A stretch of DNA of 64,000 nucleotides from Malacoraja senta (lineage: Eukaryota). Made by a program: the position numbers and the translations under genes. The stretch lies in contig CM075977.1 in assembly GCA_038087875.1 (NCBI GenBank), positions 92,628,001 to 92,692,000 on the forward strand, written 5' to 3'. Positions 1-11,961 of the stretch are shown here, piece after piece. The notes beneath the pieces were generated by a model, which searched no databases, was not told where the DNA came from, and saw nothing but the letters and a program-made list of their open reading frames with translations. Position 1 is the stretch's first letter. Every line of letters begins with the position of its first letter.

Positions 1-635
1 ATTTTGCGTCTATCCTCCAACTTCATTGTATGGATCAGTGGTACAGGCCCTGCCCAGTTTCATGACTATTCACAAAAATATAGAGAAGATCAAAGCCACC
101 ATCTAGAGTCCAAGCCCAAACTGGCTAGACCAATTTCCTACCCACCTCTGGTCATCATCTCAGGGTGAATCAAAGCCTGGACACAATGCCATAACCTTTC
201 ATGGATATCTACTTTACTTCTATTGTACTCCCTACTTCATCTCCGTGCCTCTGCTACTTCTAGATTAGGGCACTCCAATAATCTTCGTTACACGTCCAAT
301 TGACTGCGAAGGTCTTTGCTTATCCTGTCTCATTCATTGATCAGGCTTGTCTCATATATACTCACCACTGCCCCCCAAAGCATCAAATAAAAAAGGGAAG
401 CATTCACTAGTTTAAATTCTTAATGGTGTTCCCTTCCCCAACTCTGTAACCTCACAAACATTTCTCAAACTCCACCCTTCTGACTTTGGCCAATTACGCA
501 TTTCCTGCACCAGTTACTGATGTCCATGTCTTCCGATCCTTCCGCCCCACCTCTGCTAAATACTTCATCTCCAACCCCTTCTTCCTTTAAGGCTCTCCCT
601 GAAATTCATCTCTTGGACCAAGCATTTTGTCACCC

Positions 636-812
636 AGAAAAAAGACACAAAGTGCTGGAATAACTCAGGTGGTCAGGCCGCATCTCTGGAGAATATGGAT
701 AGGCTGTTACAAAGCCTATACATTTCCTCCAGAGACACTGCCTAATCACTTGTTACTCCAGTACTTTAGTGTCCTTTTTTGTACAAACCAGCACCAGCAG
801 TTCCTTGTGTCT
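636..812. mobile_element. Old Penelope-derived palindrome; further decayed members near 14560, 20270, 23445, 34740, 37400, 40820, 45360, 47370, 47955, 54515 and 58740
   Basis: Shared GCTGGAGTAACTCAG / CAGCATCT / CAGCATCTGCAGTTCC motifs. Confidence 0.65.
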
Positions 813-1257
813 ACAATTTTGTGACCCAGCATGTGATCATCTTTTCCCCATGTTTTATTCGGCAAATTGTGTTGGGTTTTCAAATGTAATCTAATTTCAT
901 GTAATATTATTGACACTACAAAAAATGAGCAAACATCCATCACATACCACAGGAATACCAGTCTCCAAAGCAGGGCGACAGTGTATTAAGCAAGCTCACT
1001 TAAACACTTACTGACATTTTTTGCTCCGTGAACAACCCATTATTCTTGCACTTTTCCCTTTTGATTGGTATTGAGATTAGTTGAGTATAACTATAATTTT
1101 TAACATTTCTGCTGACCAAGAGAGCTTGCATATATTCAAATCAATCATTAATTTTCCTTTCATAGCTTAGAGTTGAGTTATTGTCTGCTGAAATGTTCCT
1201 GCCAATAATTTCAAATATTGATTTTTTTGCACAAATGAATTGAATAAAGGTAACAAC

Positions 1258-1362
1258 CTCTGGGAGAGATGAGACTGTTTTGCTGATCTCAATTTCATTA
1301 GTCACCAATGTGCTGTGACTAGTAGTTGGCTCCTTATCTACTTCCTTACGCTCCTCTTCAGC
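1258..1362 (-). CDS. EPB41L3: Possible EPB41L3 exon in the variable region (AEEERKEVDKEPTTSHSTLVTNEIEISKTVSSLPE)
   Basis: 105 nt open frame after a good acceptor (cttcttctcactcag), weak donor GAG|gttgtt, phase 0-0. Confidence 0.55.
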
Positions 1363-2413
1363 CTGAGTGAGAAGAAGTATTATATCAATTTACAAGCCAA
1401 TTAATAGCTTTAGTAGCTTTCAAGCTCCAATGAGTATTCCAAGTAAACCAGCAGCACAAAAAGTGCAGTGGAATAATTTTCAGACACAGATCCTTAGCTG
1501 CCACAATGCATGTGGGGATTTGTAAATGGGTGCCTCCGAAACAGTTTTTCCCTTCACAAGTGGAAGACTGAATGGAGCATTCTTAATATTTCCCATTGTG
1601 CATTTGTGACTGATAAGGCTTCACATTGGGAAAATGAATTAACTGGATTCTATACAAACATTTAATGAAAATATTCAAATTGGGCCAGTGCACAAGCATA
1701 GATGAGCTGGATGAATCTATATTTGTTCTCTCTGCACATGCTGACTAATCAGTTACATGCTTCCACTTTCTCCTGTTTTTGTTTCTCTTTTTTCAAAGAA
1801 ACATTTTTCATTAAATGGGAATTAAAAAATTGAGTACTTAATTTTGAGTAAGTAGTGGGCTGTGAAACATTTTCATTTTCAATCCAAATAAATGCCACTG
1901 AACAAGCATGGTGCAATCAACACCAGTGGTAGGATTCAACACAAATCAGCTCATCCAGCAAATCTTGCAACAAACAATGCTGTCTGACCTACTTTCAAAG
2001 TTATCCTTTGCAGGCTTTTAAAATGAGAGATGCTGGCCACAAAAGATAGAACACTTTTGGCAACTAGTTTGTTTCTAAATAAATACTTAGTCATTGACAA
2101 AGATCTATCCAGGAGGTCTAGATCCTTGTCAGTCCTAATGAGTTTTCATGTAATTTATTGGCAATGCTTAATCATAGCAATCTGCAAATAGAGCCTATGT
2201 TGTGGCACTGAATTTGTCAGTGTTTCAAAAATACAGCCAGGAACACAAGATCCTGTTCTTCAACATAGCAAACTCTCAGATCAGTGTCCAGAATCGAAAT
2301 CTCAATTCTATCCCAATGGTGGTTACATTCCAATATGAAATAGATGAAGGAAACTAAGCCAAAAAGAAAGCTGTGCTATACACAAGAATAACAAAATACA
2401 TCAGATATGATAC

Positions 2414-2512
2414 CTTTGCTAATTTTCCATCATCTTTCATCACAGTGTCAGATGTGGCAACAGTCTGTTTATCCGACTTGCTTTGCTGCATCTCACCAAC
2501 ATCTGCTTTGGT
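2414..2512 (-). CDS. EPB41L3: Probable EPB41L3 exon in the variable region (TKADVGEMQQSKSDKQTVATSDTVMKDDGKLAK)
   Basis: 99 nt open frame, tgtcag|...AAG|gtatca, phase 0-0. Charged, low-complexity composition; homology is weak. Confidence 0.65.
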
Positions 2513-2628
2513 CTGACATGTTAAAACATTTCAGTGACATGCATGAAATATTTCAGAATGGGTAACAATAAAACAGAAACACAAAATAACCAGAACACCA
2601 TCTTTGAAAGCATATTGTTGTCCAATCG

Positions 2629-2923
2629 CTTTAGACTTTAGAGATAAAGCATGGAAACACCGAGTCCACGCCAACCAACGATCACCCCGTACACCAGCAG
2701 TATCCTACACACTAAGGACAACTTACAATTTACAGAAGCCAATTAACCTACAAACCCACATGTCTTTGGAGCATGGGAGGAAATGGGAGCACCCGGAGGA
2801 AACCCACGCGATAACTCGGAGAACGTGCAAACTCTGTAGAGACAGCACCCAAGATCAGGAACAAAACTGGGCCCCTGGCGCAATGAAGCAGCAACTCTAC
2901 CGCTGCGCCACTGTGCCGCCCCA
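2629..2923 (-). mobile_element. tRNA-derived V-SINE (HE1-like)
   Basis: Minus strand GGGCGGCACAGTGGCGCAGCGGTAGAG...GGTTTCCTCCGGGTGCTCC... Confidence 0.85.
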
Positions 2924-3087
2924 ACTTTAGATAACTACACTTGCAAAAATAAAGTAATCTCAAGAGATTAAACAATGTTGCAATATATAACTTTAGCAAC
3001 AAAGAGATTTAAAAAAAATGGTTGGTGTGTTGTCATGTGCAAAGCCACAGAATTTTGAATGGACTAGTATTAAAATAACAGAATTAC

Positions 3088-3276
3088 CTCTTCAGGCACA
3101 AGGGGTTCAATCATAGGTAAATCATCAGTCTTGGAAAAGGATCTAACTGGAGAGGCAGATAACCTTTTCTCCCATTCATCAGGTCCAGTTTCTGAGGTTG
3201 ATTCCAGAAATGTTCTTTTCATCTCATTTATGTTGGCATGGTGCTTAACTACCTCTTCTTGAGTTCTGTCATATTC
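3088..3276 (-). CDS. EPB41L3: EPB41L3 SAB-domain exon (EYDRTQEEVVKHHANINEMKRTFLES...DEWEKRLSASPVR...PMIEPLVPEE)
   Basis: 189 nt within ORF 3070-3285, ataaag|...|gtaatt, phase 0-0. Matches the SAB motifs KHxxxIxExKRxFLE and EWEKRL. Confidence 0.93.
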
Positions 3277-3429
3277 CTTTATCACATATCAAAAACAAAA
3301 AAATAAATAGCATTTTATCTCAACATTGTATTCATCAAACTGTGAGTTTCTATGTCTCCTTAACAAAAGTCTAGTATGGATGTTTCCATTTGTTTGAAAA
3401 CATGAATCATTTTATGATGGCCACTTAAA

Positions 3430-4387
3430 GGGGGAGGAGCCATCTTGGGGAACGGCTGCTAATCAGCAGCCGTCCGTTTAATTCACTTTTTTTGTAGTAG
3501 TTCTAGTGAGTCCTGTGTTCCGTTTGTGGGAGAAATAGACTTTTTAATGTAGGGGGAAGGGGGTAACTATATTTCTAGGTCCCTACCTGGTCGGTGAGGC
3601 AGCTTTTTCTCCGGGCTGCCCCGTCGACCCGTCCTCGTGGCCTACCAGCGGGCGTGGAGCACCATTTCCTGGCGGGGACCGCCCAGCACCTCGGCTTCGG
3701 TGGCGGCATAGCGCTGGAGCGCTATCGCGGAGCGGGCGATGTCTTGCCTGGGTCGCCGCGCTGGAGCTGTGACTGCCGAGGTCAACACCTCCGGGCTGCG
3801 GGTGTGCGGAGCGGAGCGGGCGGCGCCGACTTCAACATCGGGAGCCTGGGAGCTCCAAACCGGCGCGGCCTTGTCGGCTTCGGAAGCCGCGGACTCCGGT
3901 AAGGAAGCGGCCGTTCCAGGTGGCCCAGCCGCTGAGAGGACTCTCCCGACGCCGGGGCAACAGCACCCGACGAGAACGGCCAGGAACATCGGGCCTCCGT
4001 AGAGGCAATAGCGGAGGCCTCAATAGGCCTGACTTTGGGAGAACTGGGGATGGGGACTGGACATTGTGCCTTCCCCCACAGTGGTAACCATTGTGGGGGG
4101 ATGATTTTTGTGTGTTAGTGATTATTTTAGTCTGTGTCCAAGATGGCTGCCGGAAGGGAGAGTGTACGCTGGCGCGGTTTAGCTGCCGCTGCTCTCTCTC
4201 TTCACATTGTGTTTCTTTTTTTTTTGTTTTGGGATCGAATTCTGTCTTTAATTTGTGTATTGGTGATGTCTTTACTATTTATTCTACTCCGATTATATGT
4301 TTTTTTACTTGTTAAATACTGTCAGGTGTCCTTGAGACTCTTGAAAGGCACCCATAAATAAAATGTATTATTATTATTATTATTATT
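3430..4387 (+). mobile_element. CpG-rich non-autonomous retroelement with an L2-like tail ending AATAAAATGT(ATT)n
   Basis: Abrupt GC-rich island in an AT-rich intron. The same 3' tail occurs at about 15310-15373. Its ORFs have no recognisable domain. Confidence 0.7.
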
Positions 4388-5944
4388 AAATAATCAAAAG
4401 ATCGATCGAAGGTGCCTTTATAATACATTTGCATTGTGTTGAGCAGCATTTTTTAAGCTGAACAGCAAAAATTAATTTTGGACATAATTTATCATGTCAA
4501 AAAAATAACGCCTTAGAGAATCTTACTAGAGGATCATCTACTTTGATGACTTGCAGACCCGAAACAGTGGTCAGCTGAATCTCTCTGGAAGTGGCTGAGG
4601 ATTAAAAGGTCCAGGTTTGCCTATGTCACAGATCATGTCTATACTGACGTATATCCGGGGGGTGGGTGGGAGGAGTGTGATGGGAATTTGAAAGAGATGT
4701 CATCTGAATGCTTCTGTGCCAGTGCAATTGTAGCCAAATGAGGAATTAATGCCTTCATACACGGGGCTCCGTGCATCCTGTCTAAGCAAACTATTGCAAA
4801 CAAATCTCTTCCCATAAAGTTGAAGTAAAGACATGAAATGGTAGCAGATATATGTGGAACTGCTGACCTTTCCTGTCAAAGATAGGCCTCAGCATTAAGC
4901 AACAAACAGCAGAGGCCATTTGGCTCATTGTGCTGATCGGCACGCAGATAACACAGTGATTATTTTCACTTCCCCATCTCCTTCATTCTCACAGCCCTGC
5001 AAATGGTTTATTTTTTTCTATTCTGTCCAAAACCTTTCTAAGAGTTGGTGCTCATCCAGGAGATTAAACAATAACCTGGCCCAAAAACCACACTTAATCA
5101 TGCTTATATTTTATATCAGCCAACACTGGCGGGGGGGGGGGTGGAATGCTATAATGCATCTGAATTCCTTAAATTAACTGCACGGAGAATAGAGGGGTGG
5201 TCATATTTGGCTGGAGGTTCTGACTTAGTATCACTGCAAGTATGCACATGCAGAAGAATCAAGGGCAGGCTATGGCCTGACTGCATCATAATACCCTGAT
5301 GTACAGTAGTATCAATTGAGCAGACTGCCCCTGCTACTTGTGCAACTGTAAACCAGGAAGGAGTCAAACCTTCCACACAGGAAATATGAACAGTTTATGG
5401 CCTAGTTTTCCAATCATAATTGTGGGCTCATTGTTAAAGCAATATTGCTGTACATATCTAAATCCTAATACTGCAGGAATATCTTGGAAGGCAATAGACA
5501 ATGGACAATAGGTGCAGGAGTAGACCATTTGGCCCTTCGAGCCAGCACCGCCATTCAATGTGATCATGGCTGATCATCCCCAATCAGGCAATGGAAATCA
5601 TTAGCACTAGTCTACCATTAAAATTGCCCAAGTTACATAATTTTCTAAACAGATAAGCTGAATTGAAGAAAACAAAATCAGCTTTGCATACTCTTTGATG
5701 GCCCCTGTAGAAACCTCAGTAATAAGTGTTACTATGTATTAATTTCCAGAGAAGAAAACAATTCACTTGAACAACTGAAACTTATGCTGGAGTTAAGAAA
5801 GTATACGCACACTACAAATAGCTCCACGTTACACAGCACTATTAACACACATTATTTTACTTACATTTTAATTATAGACAGTTTGAAGGAACACACAACC
5901 TCTTTTGTGTGGTGTTATTGTGGCTAGTCAGGATGAATGCACTA

Positions 5945-5950
5945 CATGCA
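5945..5950 (-). promoter_or_regulatory. RBFOX-type intronic splicing element UGCAUG about 110 nt downstream of the SAB cassette exon
   Basis: Plus-strand CATGCA at 5945-5950. The position is analogous to the UGCAUG elements that regulate 4.1R exon 16. Confidence 0.5.
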
Positions 5951-6059
5951 TTAAACTCACAGCAATCCTTGTTAAATGACAGATCAGCTAATCGCTAGCT
6001 ATGTTGAACCACCAGAGTGCACAAACAAATAGTAATGTGCAGCTTAAATACATACAAAC

Positions 6060-6125
6060 CTCTAACATAAGGTTACTATGTTTGACATATACATTTTCAC
6101 CTTTGATTCGTTCTACAAGACTATT
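6060..6125 (-). CDS. EPB41L3: EPB41L3 spectrin-actin-binding cassette exon (NSLVERIKGENVYVKHSNLMLE), homologue of 4.1R exon 16
   Basis: 66 nt, ttttgcag|...GAG|gtttgt, phase 0-0. Contains the SAB motif GENxYxxHSNLMLE. Confidence 0.92.
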
Positions 6126-6365
6126 CTGCAAAAAAAAGGCAAAAATAAAATGGACATAATTGTGGAAAAATTACAAAGGTAGGTATTGGGAATGAAATGC
6201 TTGCAAAGGAGGAAACGTTATTTATATTGAATAAGTTCTAATTCTTAAGCAAAGCTCAGGAAAACATAAGTTTACAACAGAAATGGAAAGGGAGTAGGAA
6301 ATAATAATTTATTTGATAGACTACACTAAAATCTAGTCATTGACATAAAAAGGACTTTCTTGTAC

Positions 6366-6401
6366 CTGGGTCTTGGATTCCATTTCATCCTCTTGATCAG
6401 A
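6366..6401 (-). CDS. EPB41L3: EPB41L3 microexon (SDQEDEMESKTQ)
   Basis: 36 nt, tatcag|...CAG|gtacaa, phase 0-0. Resembles 4.1B SDQEEDAELKAQ (recalled). Confidence 0.85.
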
Positions 6402-8114
6402 CTGATAGCATGAAGGGGGATTTAAAATCATAGCTTTAACAATATTTAATCACTTATGTCAACATTCAAATTTATGGTATCAGAAAATCCTTACCAATTT
6501 AACCAAACTTAGTTTGCCATTATTTTGAAAGGATTGTGAAATTATATAAAGTATGAATGGCAAGGTTAAGAAATCAGTGAACATGATCAAATTGGCTGGT
6601 TGATATGACCCCTGATGGTGATAGATGACAATATTAGAAAACCTGAAAAGAACCAATGGAAAACAAAAGCTAAGAGACTTGCCACCTTAAAAACAGTTGA
6701 GGATTATAATCTACCATCTACAGAGTCAACAGTTCCTCCTTAAAGAAGAGAATACAATCCAACATAAAATATTTAGTCACAGTCCAAATTCTTACAACTA
6801 ACTCTGTTCACACAATTTGCATTATATGTAAATATATATATATAAGTAAAGTATGAGCTCAGGGACACGATTAATACATTATTTAAATAGAGATAAACCT
6901 AAAAATGTTGTAACTATACAAATTCTTATTAGTTCCATGCACGTTCTTAATTGCTGTCACCACTAAGATAGATAAAATGTAAACTTACTTTTTCCCATTT
7001 TAGTGAATACTGTATTCAGCAAATGTGCTAAGTAATTGGTGAAACCACAAAGTGGTACAGGTGGAAACATTTCAGCTGAACACATCATTTAAACAAAGCA
7101 AAATAAAATGCCTTAAGTACGAGTAACATTAAGTGACTATGTGAAATGTGAATTAAGTTTAAGTGAACCATTTGAGGACAAAAATAAAATCATGGTTAGA
7201 GCTGTAACTTCATGTCTCCAGCAATCACTCACATTCCAGTTTCAATAATGTGAAATCCTCCAGGCAATGATTTATATATTCTCAGATTACCCAAGGAACA
7301 GACCACTGGCTAACACAGTAGAACAATGAGACATGTAAATCTCAAATAGGGAAATAAATGATGAGATGACGGCAGAAAATTAGAAGGATAGAAGCACTAT
7401 TTTGTTACATACCAAGAGGACTGAGCAGCAATTTTCACAGCTTATATTACCATTGTTCTGGAACTGTTACAGTTCGTTTACAAAACCAGCAACAAGTAGT
7501 AGCTTGATAATGCAGAATCCATTATCCCCACAAAATAGTAAAAAGCACTCATGTCCATGATATATCACAAAATGAGTTTTGATATCAGCTCGCTAATCAA
7601 GTCTTTGCATGCAAACATGGAAGGGCACCAAAGGACAAGTTGCACAAGGTCAATTCTGCAGGAAAATAACCTGCATGGACCGTATCCTCATCTTGGGAAC
7701 AGTTGATCAGCCATTAAAATCTGTGCTCTGCTGCATTTTCAAATTAGTCACATTACACCTACTCTTAAGAAGGCACACTGAATGAATGAAGAAATAAGAG
7801 CAAACACAGAAGCTCTTGAATCAATTGTAGATGGGGCTTCCTAGAAATGCCACAGATCGAATTGTCATGCACCATATTTCTTCAGTATCTTTCTGAACCA
7901 TTCTGGCCTACTGTTCTTGCCAGCCAATTCTTACTTTAACTTAGAATAAGCACTCTGTTATTTTGTAGTTGGCACTCCTTCACTCTAATCTGCAAACCAC
8001 ATTGTGGCTACATTAATTTCAAATTAACAGCTGCACTCTTTAAACTCTCAGGCAAACGAGTGACATCACGAGGACAATCTCCATGGGAAGTGTAGGCCCG
8101 TGGAATGTACAAAC

Positions 8115-8171
8115 CTCTGCGGTGGTTTCCCCATCAGCAGGACCAGTAGTGTCAGTCTGCTCACTGTCAGT
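8115..8171 (-). CDS. EPB41L3: EPB41L3 small exon (TDSEQTDTTGPADGETTAE)
   Basis: 57 nt, aaatag|...|gtttgt, phase 0-0. Resembles 4.1B TDSERTDTAADGETTATE (recalled). Confidence 0.9.
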
Positions 8172-11100
8172 CTATTTGTCAGCAACATCCCAAGATGTCC
8201 AGCAGGAAAGCAGGAATAAAAATACATCAGCCTTGTCAGAACATTAAGCTTATTGAAGCAAGATGTACTACTCATTGTGCCTTTGCTTCAGTAACAAAAA
8301 TAAAAGAGGCTTATTAGAAGCACAAACAAATAAATGAATGGAACTGGATTAGGGGAAGGCTGAAGGCAAAATGGGAAGTGCAATAGCAAGTTACAAGATT
8401 GAATATCTTTTTAAAAAGAAACTCACAATTTTTAAAGCCCTCATCAAAATGGTATTTCAGTTGTTCTTTAATAGATCTAAAAAATTTATTTTTGGAGGAA
8501 GGCAAATATTAACAAGTAACTTTCACCAACAAATTTGGAAATACCAGTCCAAGGGAATCACATTTTAAGTCATTCCAATTAATGGGGAAAATAACAAGCA
8601 GTGAGAATCCCTTTCCAAAGTAAAGCAGATGGTTAATAGAAATAACTTGAATAAATAATGTGTGGGCTAAGCACGCAGAGCGAAATAATCAATGGTGTAT
8701 CTCAAACTAATGACAAAGTGTCAACAAGTGATCATGAAAGCGACGGCTAAATATACTCAAATGCGCCAAATATAGATGCAATTTCACACACTCACAAATC
8801 CTGTGATTAAAGAGATAAAAATATGCACAATATTTTACTTGAGGAAAAGAGTAATGAGTAGAAATTGGGCATCCAGAAAACATCCACAGACTAACACCCC
8901 ACCAATTCTGAGCAGCTGCAATGCGGCAGTCTTGAGGGTTGCGAGTCTTGAGAAGTGAAAGCACACGTCAGCACTGGCTCGCAGAAATGCCATGGGATCA
9001 TTTAGTGCACTCTAGCCCTAACGCAGCTTTTAAAAGAATTGATTTTTATCGCTAACCTTCTAGCAATCCTTTTAATGACAATTTGATAAGCAGTTATGAT
9101 AAGTATAAACCCAGCAAATGTTCCTTTTAGTAATGAATACTTTCCAAGAGGGGTCCTTACAATCAAGTGATAGGACCCTGGCATCTGCTCACAAATGGTT
9201 AAATGAGTCTTGAATATGGTCACCAGTGATGACTAAGATGCTGAATGCACATAAGGTGACCTTGGGATATAGCCCCTCAAAACTAGATCATTATCCCAAA
9301 TTCATATCAGAATAATGCAGTTTCTTCGAAATGCTTACATAGCTCTTTTGAGATACATAATTGATTTGCATGGTATAAACTCAGTATATTACAATTTTGT
9401 AACTAACTATTTCTGTTAATAATGTGCAGCTCATTTACACCAGAAGCAAAGCTTACTCAACAACTATTTACAATCAGCCAGAGAAGCCCAACTTTCAGGC
9501 CCTCATTAGTAGAATTATTTTCTTTAAAATATACAGTAATCATACACAGGTCTGCTTGCAACATTTCTATAAAATGAATGATTTGTAACAGGTCAAAAAG
9601 TACAGCAGCTCAAGCTGGAATGAAACTGTATGAGATTTGGACAATCTTACTATCAGGGTACTTTGTTACATATCTATTAGAAGAAAATAAAAACTGGTAC
9701 CTTCAACATTGATTTTTCATTGGCTAACAATTAATAACTAAAAGAGTGTAAATAATTTATTTTTTTAAACTACATTTTACTCTTCATGACATCGCAATAC
9801 TTCATATAATGGAAACAAGATCGTTGAAGTATTAAAGCTAGCCTTCTCAAATTCAAATCATTATAACAAAATATTATTTTCCTATTTTTTTGAGAAACCT
9901 GAATGGTTACTTGTAAAGCAAAGGAAAATGGTGTTTTCTTTATCCAAGCACATTTAGCTATTAACAATACATGCTGAAGATACACTGGTGTGTAAACTTG
10001 GCTAATAACAACAGGACATTGGTATTTCATTTTAAGGGTTAGTACAATGTTCAAGATCTACTGAATAATACCCGTCTCATTTTATAGTCAGTTGTAAAAA
10101 AAAGGAAGTCTCTTTAAAAGACGTCAACAGCATCACACTGAAGGTTTTCAGTTTATAATACATTTACCCAATTAAATTAACCAAACTTTCTTCAGCATAC
10201 TATGATATAAATAGCTGAAGAATCCCACAATACAAAAGTCTGAAGTGAATTATGTATGAAAATTAAGCTCTGCTCTTGAGATGGTAAGTGCAACATCTAA
10301 CAGAAGGGCTTTAAACTATTTTACAATTCTGACATCCTCCTAAATGTACAGATAAACAAGATTATGATGCAAACAGACCCTTATTCATTGAACAGTCCGT
10401 ACATGCAATCTGGACCAAACAATGACCACTAGATTAAATTTCCTACATAATTTCAAGAAAAACACAGAGCATGCACATTAATATATACATATACACTTCA
10501 CTATCAGCAATACTGGATGATTTGAGATTAGACACCAAGTTTTCATTCTGAACCTGCAGTGAAGTCGTTAACCTAATCTATGCCTTGAATCATTTTTAGA
10601 GCCTGTATATGCAATATTCTCTATCTAAAACTTTATAGGTCCACTTGTAAAGCAGAAACTATAATTATTTATCAAAGGTATTCCTTTTGTTTCCTTTTGG
10701 ATGACGGTGTCAAAGCAGGAAACTGAATAAGGTCATACTCACAGTAATTCATGCAGTCAGTTCCTGGACTAAATACGCAAAACAACTTTCAATAAGATAG
10801 TTCATGAACTTAAACATGCCATCATATTAACAAAAAATATTAATAAATCATGACAAATGTAAAATGAGGCATTTTGGTCTTTTAAAAAAAAAGGTGAATA
10901 GTCAAGCCCTTCATGTCTGGTATTTCTAATCATACTCAGCCATTGACTGAACCAAATGAACACAATGTTCATTTAGGAACAAATGATCTACTGTAATACT
11001 AATGAGGTTGTGACTGTCTCACACTAGAGAATTTAAATTAATTGACTATCAACTGGCTCCAACTCCTAGGGAAATGTCAGCATGGCTCTTTTGAATGACC

Positions 11101-11397
11101 ACATTCAATTTAGGAATTTACATCTATAAGAATACAAAGTATGTACCACATGCCAATTACTTCATGTTTTCCACCATTAAAAACGGGACCTGCTTTTCAG
11201 AACCTTTCTCCCCAAGAATACAAAAACTTTTTGTCTAATCTGATGCGTCAAGTTAGTCATGTCACTTTGAAACACAACTTTTAAAATAATTAAAGGCAGC
11301 AATGAGGTTCTGAAAATAATACTTTTGCAGGACAGTATATTGTGCAGGACACTCAAGCACTGAGCACAGAGAATTGTGTTCAGGCTGAGGTACACAC

Positions 11398-11961
11398 CTC
11401 ATCCTCTGAACTGTCACTCAGGTCATTGTCAATAGAGGCACTCAAGGAGGCTGCCCTGGGCTCCAGATAGCAGAGACACATAGCAAGGGGGAATGAGAGA
11501 GTGAGAGCATACGGTACAGAGAAAGAGGTTGAAAGCAGGAAGAAGAAAATGAAAAGGAAGCAGGGGACAAGTGATGGTGATTGAATGGGGAGGTAACACT
11601 GAAAACTTTCAGGTAAGAAATTGGCCTCAGAGAAGCTCGGGAAGGATATGTAGCCATCATCATCTAACAAAGAAAATGTTGCTGGGAGATGCATGGAGAA
11701 TGAAAACAAGGTTCCTTCTTTTCTAGGTGCCAGATCCTGGTCTCTTTTTAGACCCATTGCTTTATCAATTGACTTTGAAGGATCATGGTCAAACTGTGAT
11801 TGGCAAGTACTTAGGGGGTCTTCGTTCGTCCCATTATCAGCTGGTATTGAAACATTCTCTTTACATCTCCTATGAATGTTCATTGATGATGCAGGGGAAT
11901 CACAGTGCAAAGACAAAGGATAAGAGCATGAGCAAAATGAATTTGTTTCATCATAGGTAGT
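11398..11961 (-). CDS. EPB41L3: EPB41L3 large symmetric (probably cassette) exon with a hydrophobic segment (TTYDETNS...LLDDDGYISFP...SPSLVPCFLFIFFFLLSTSFSVPYALTLSFPLAMCLCYLEPRAASLSASIDNDLSDSSEDE)
   Basis: 564 nt (188 codons), polypyrimidine tract + ccatag|...GAG|gtgtgt, phase 0-0. Overlaps ORF 11380-11916. Confidence 0.9.
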
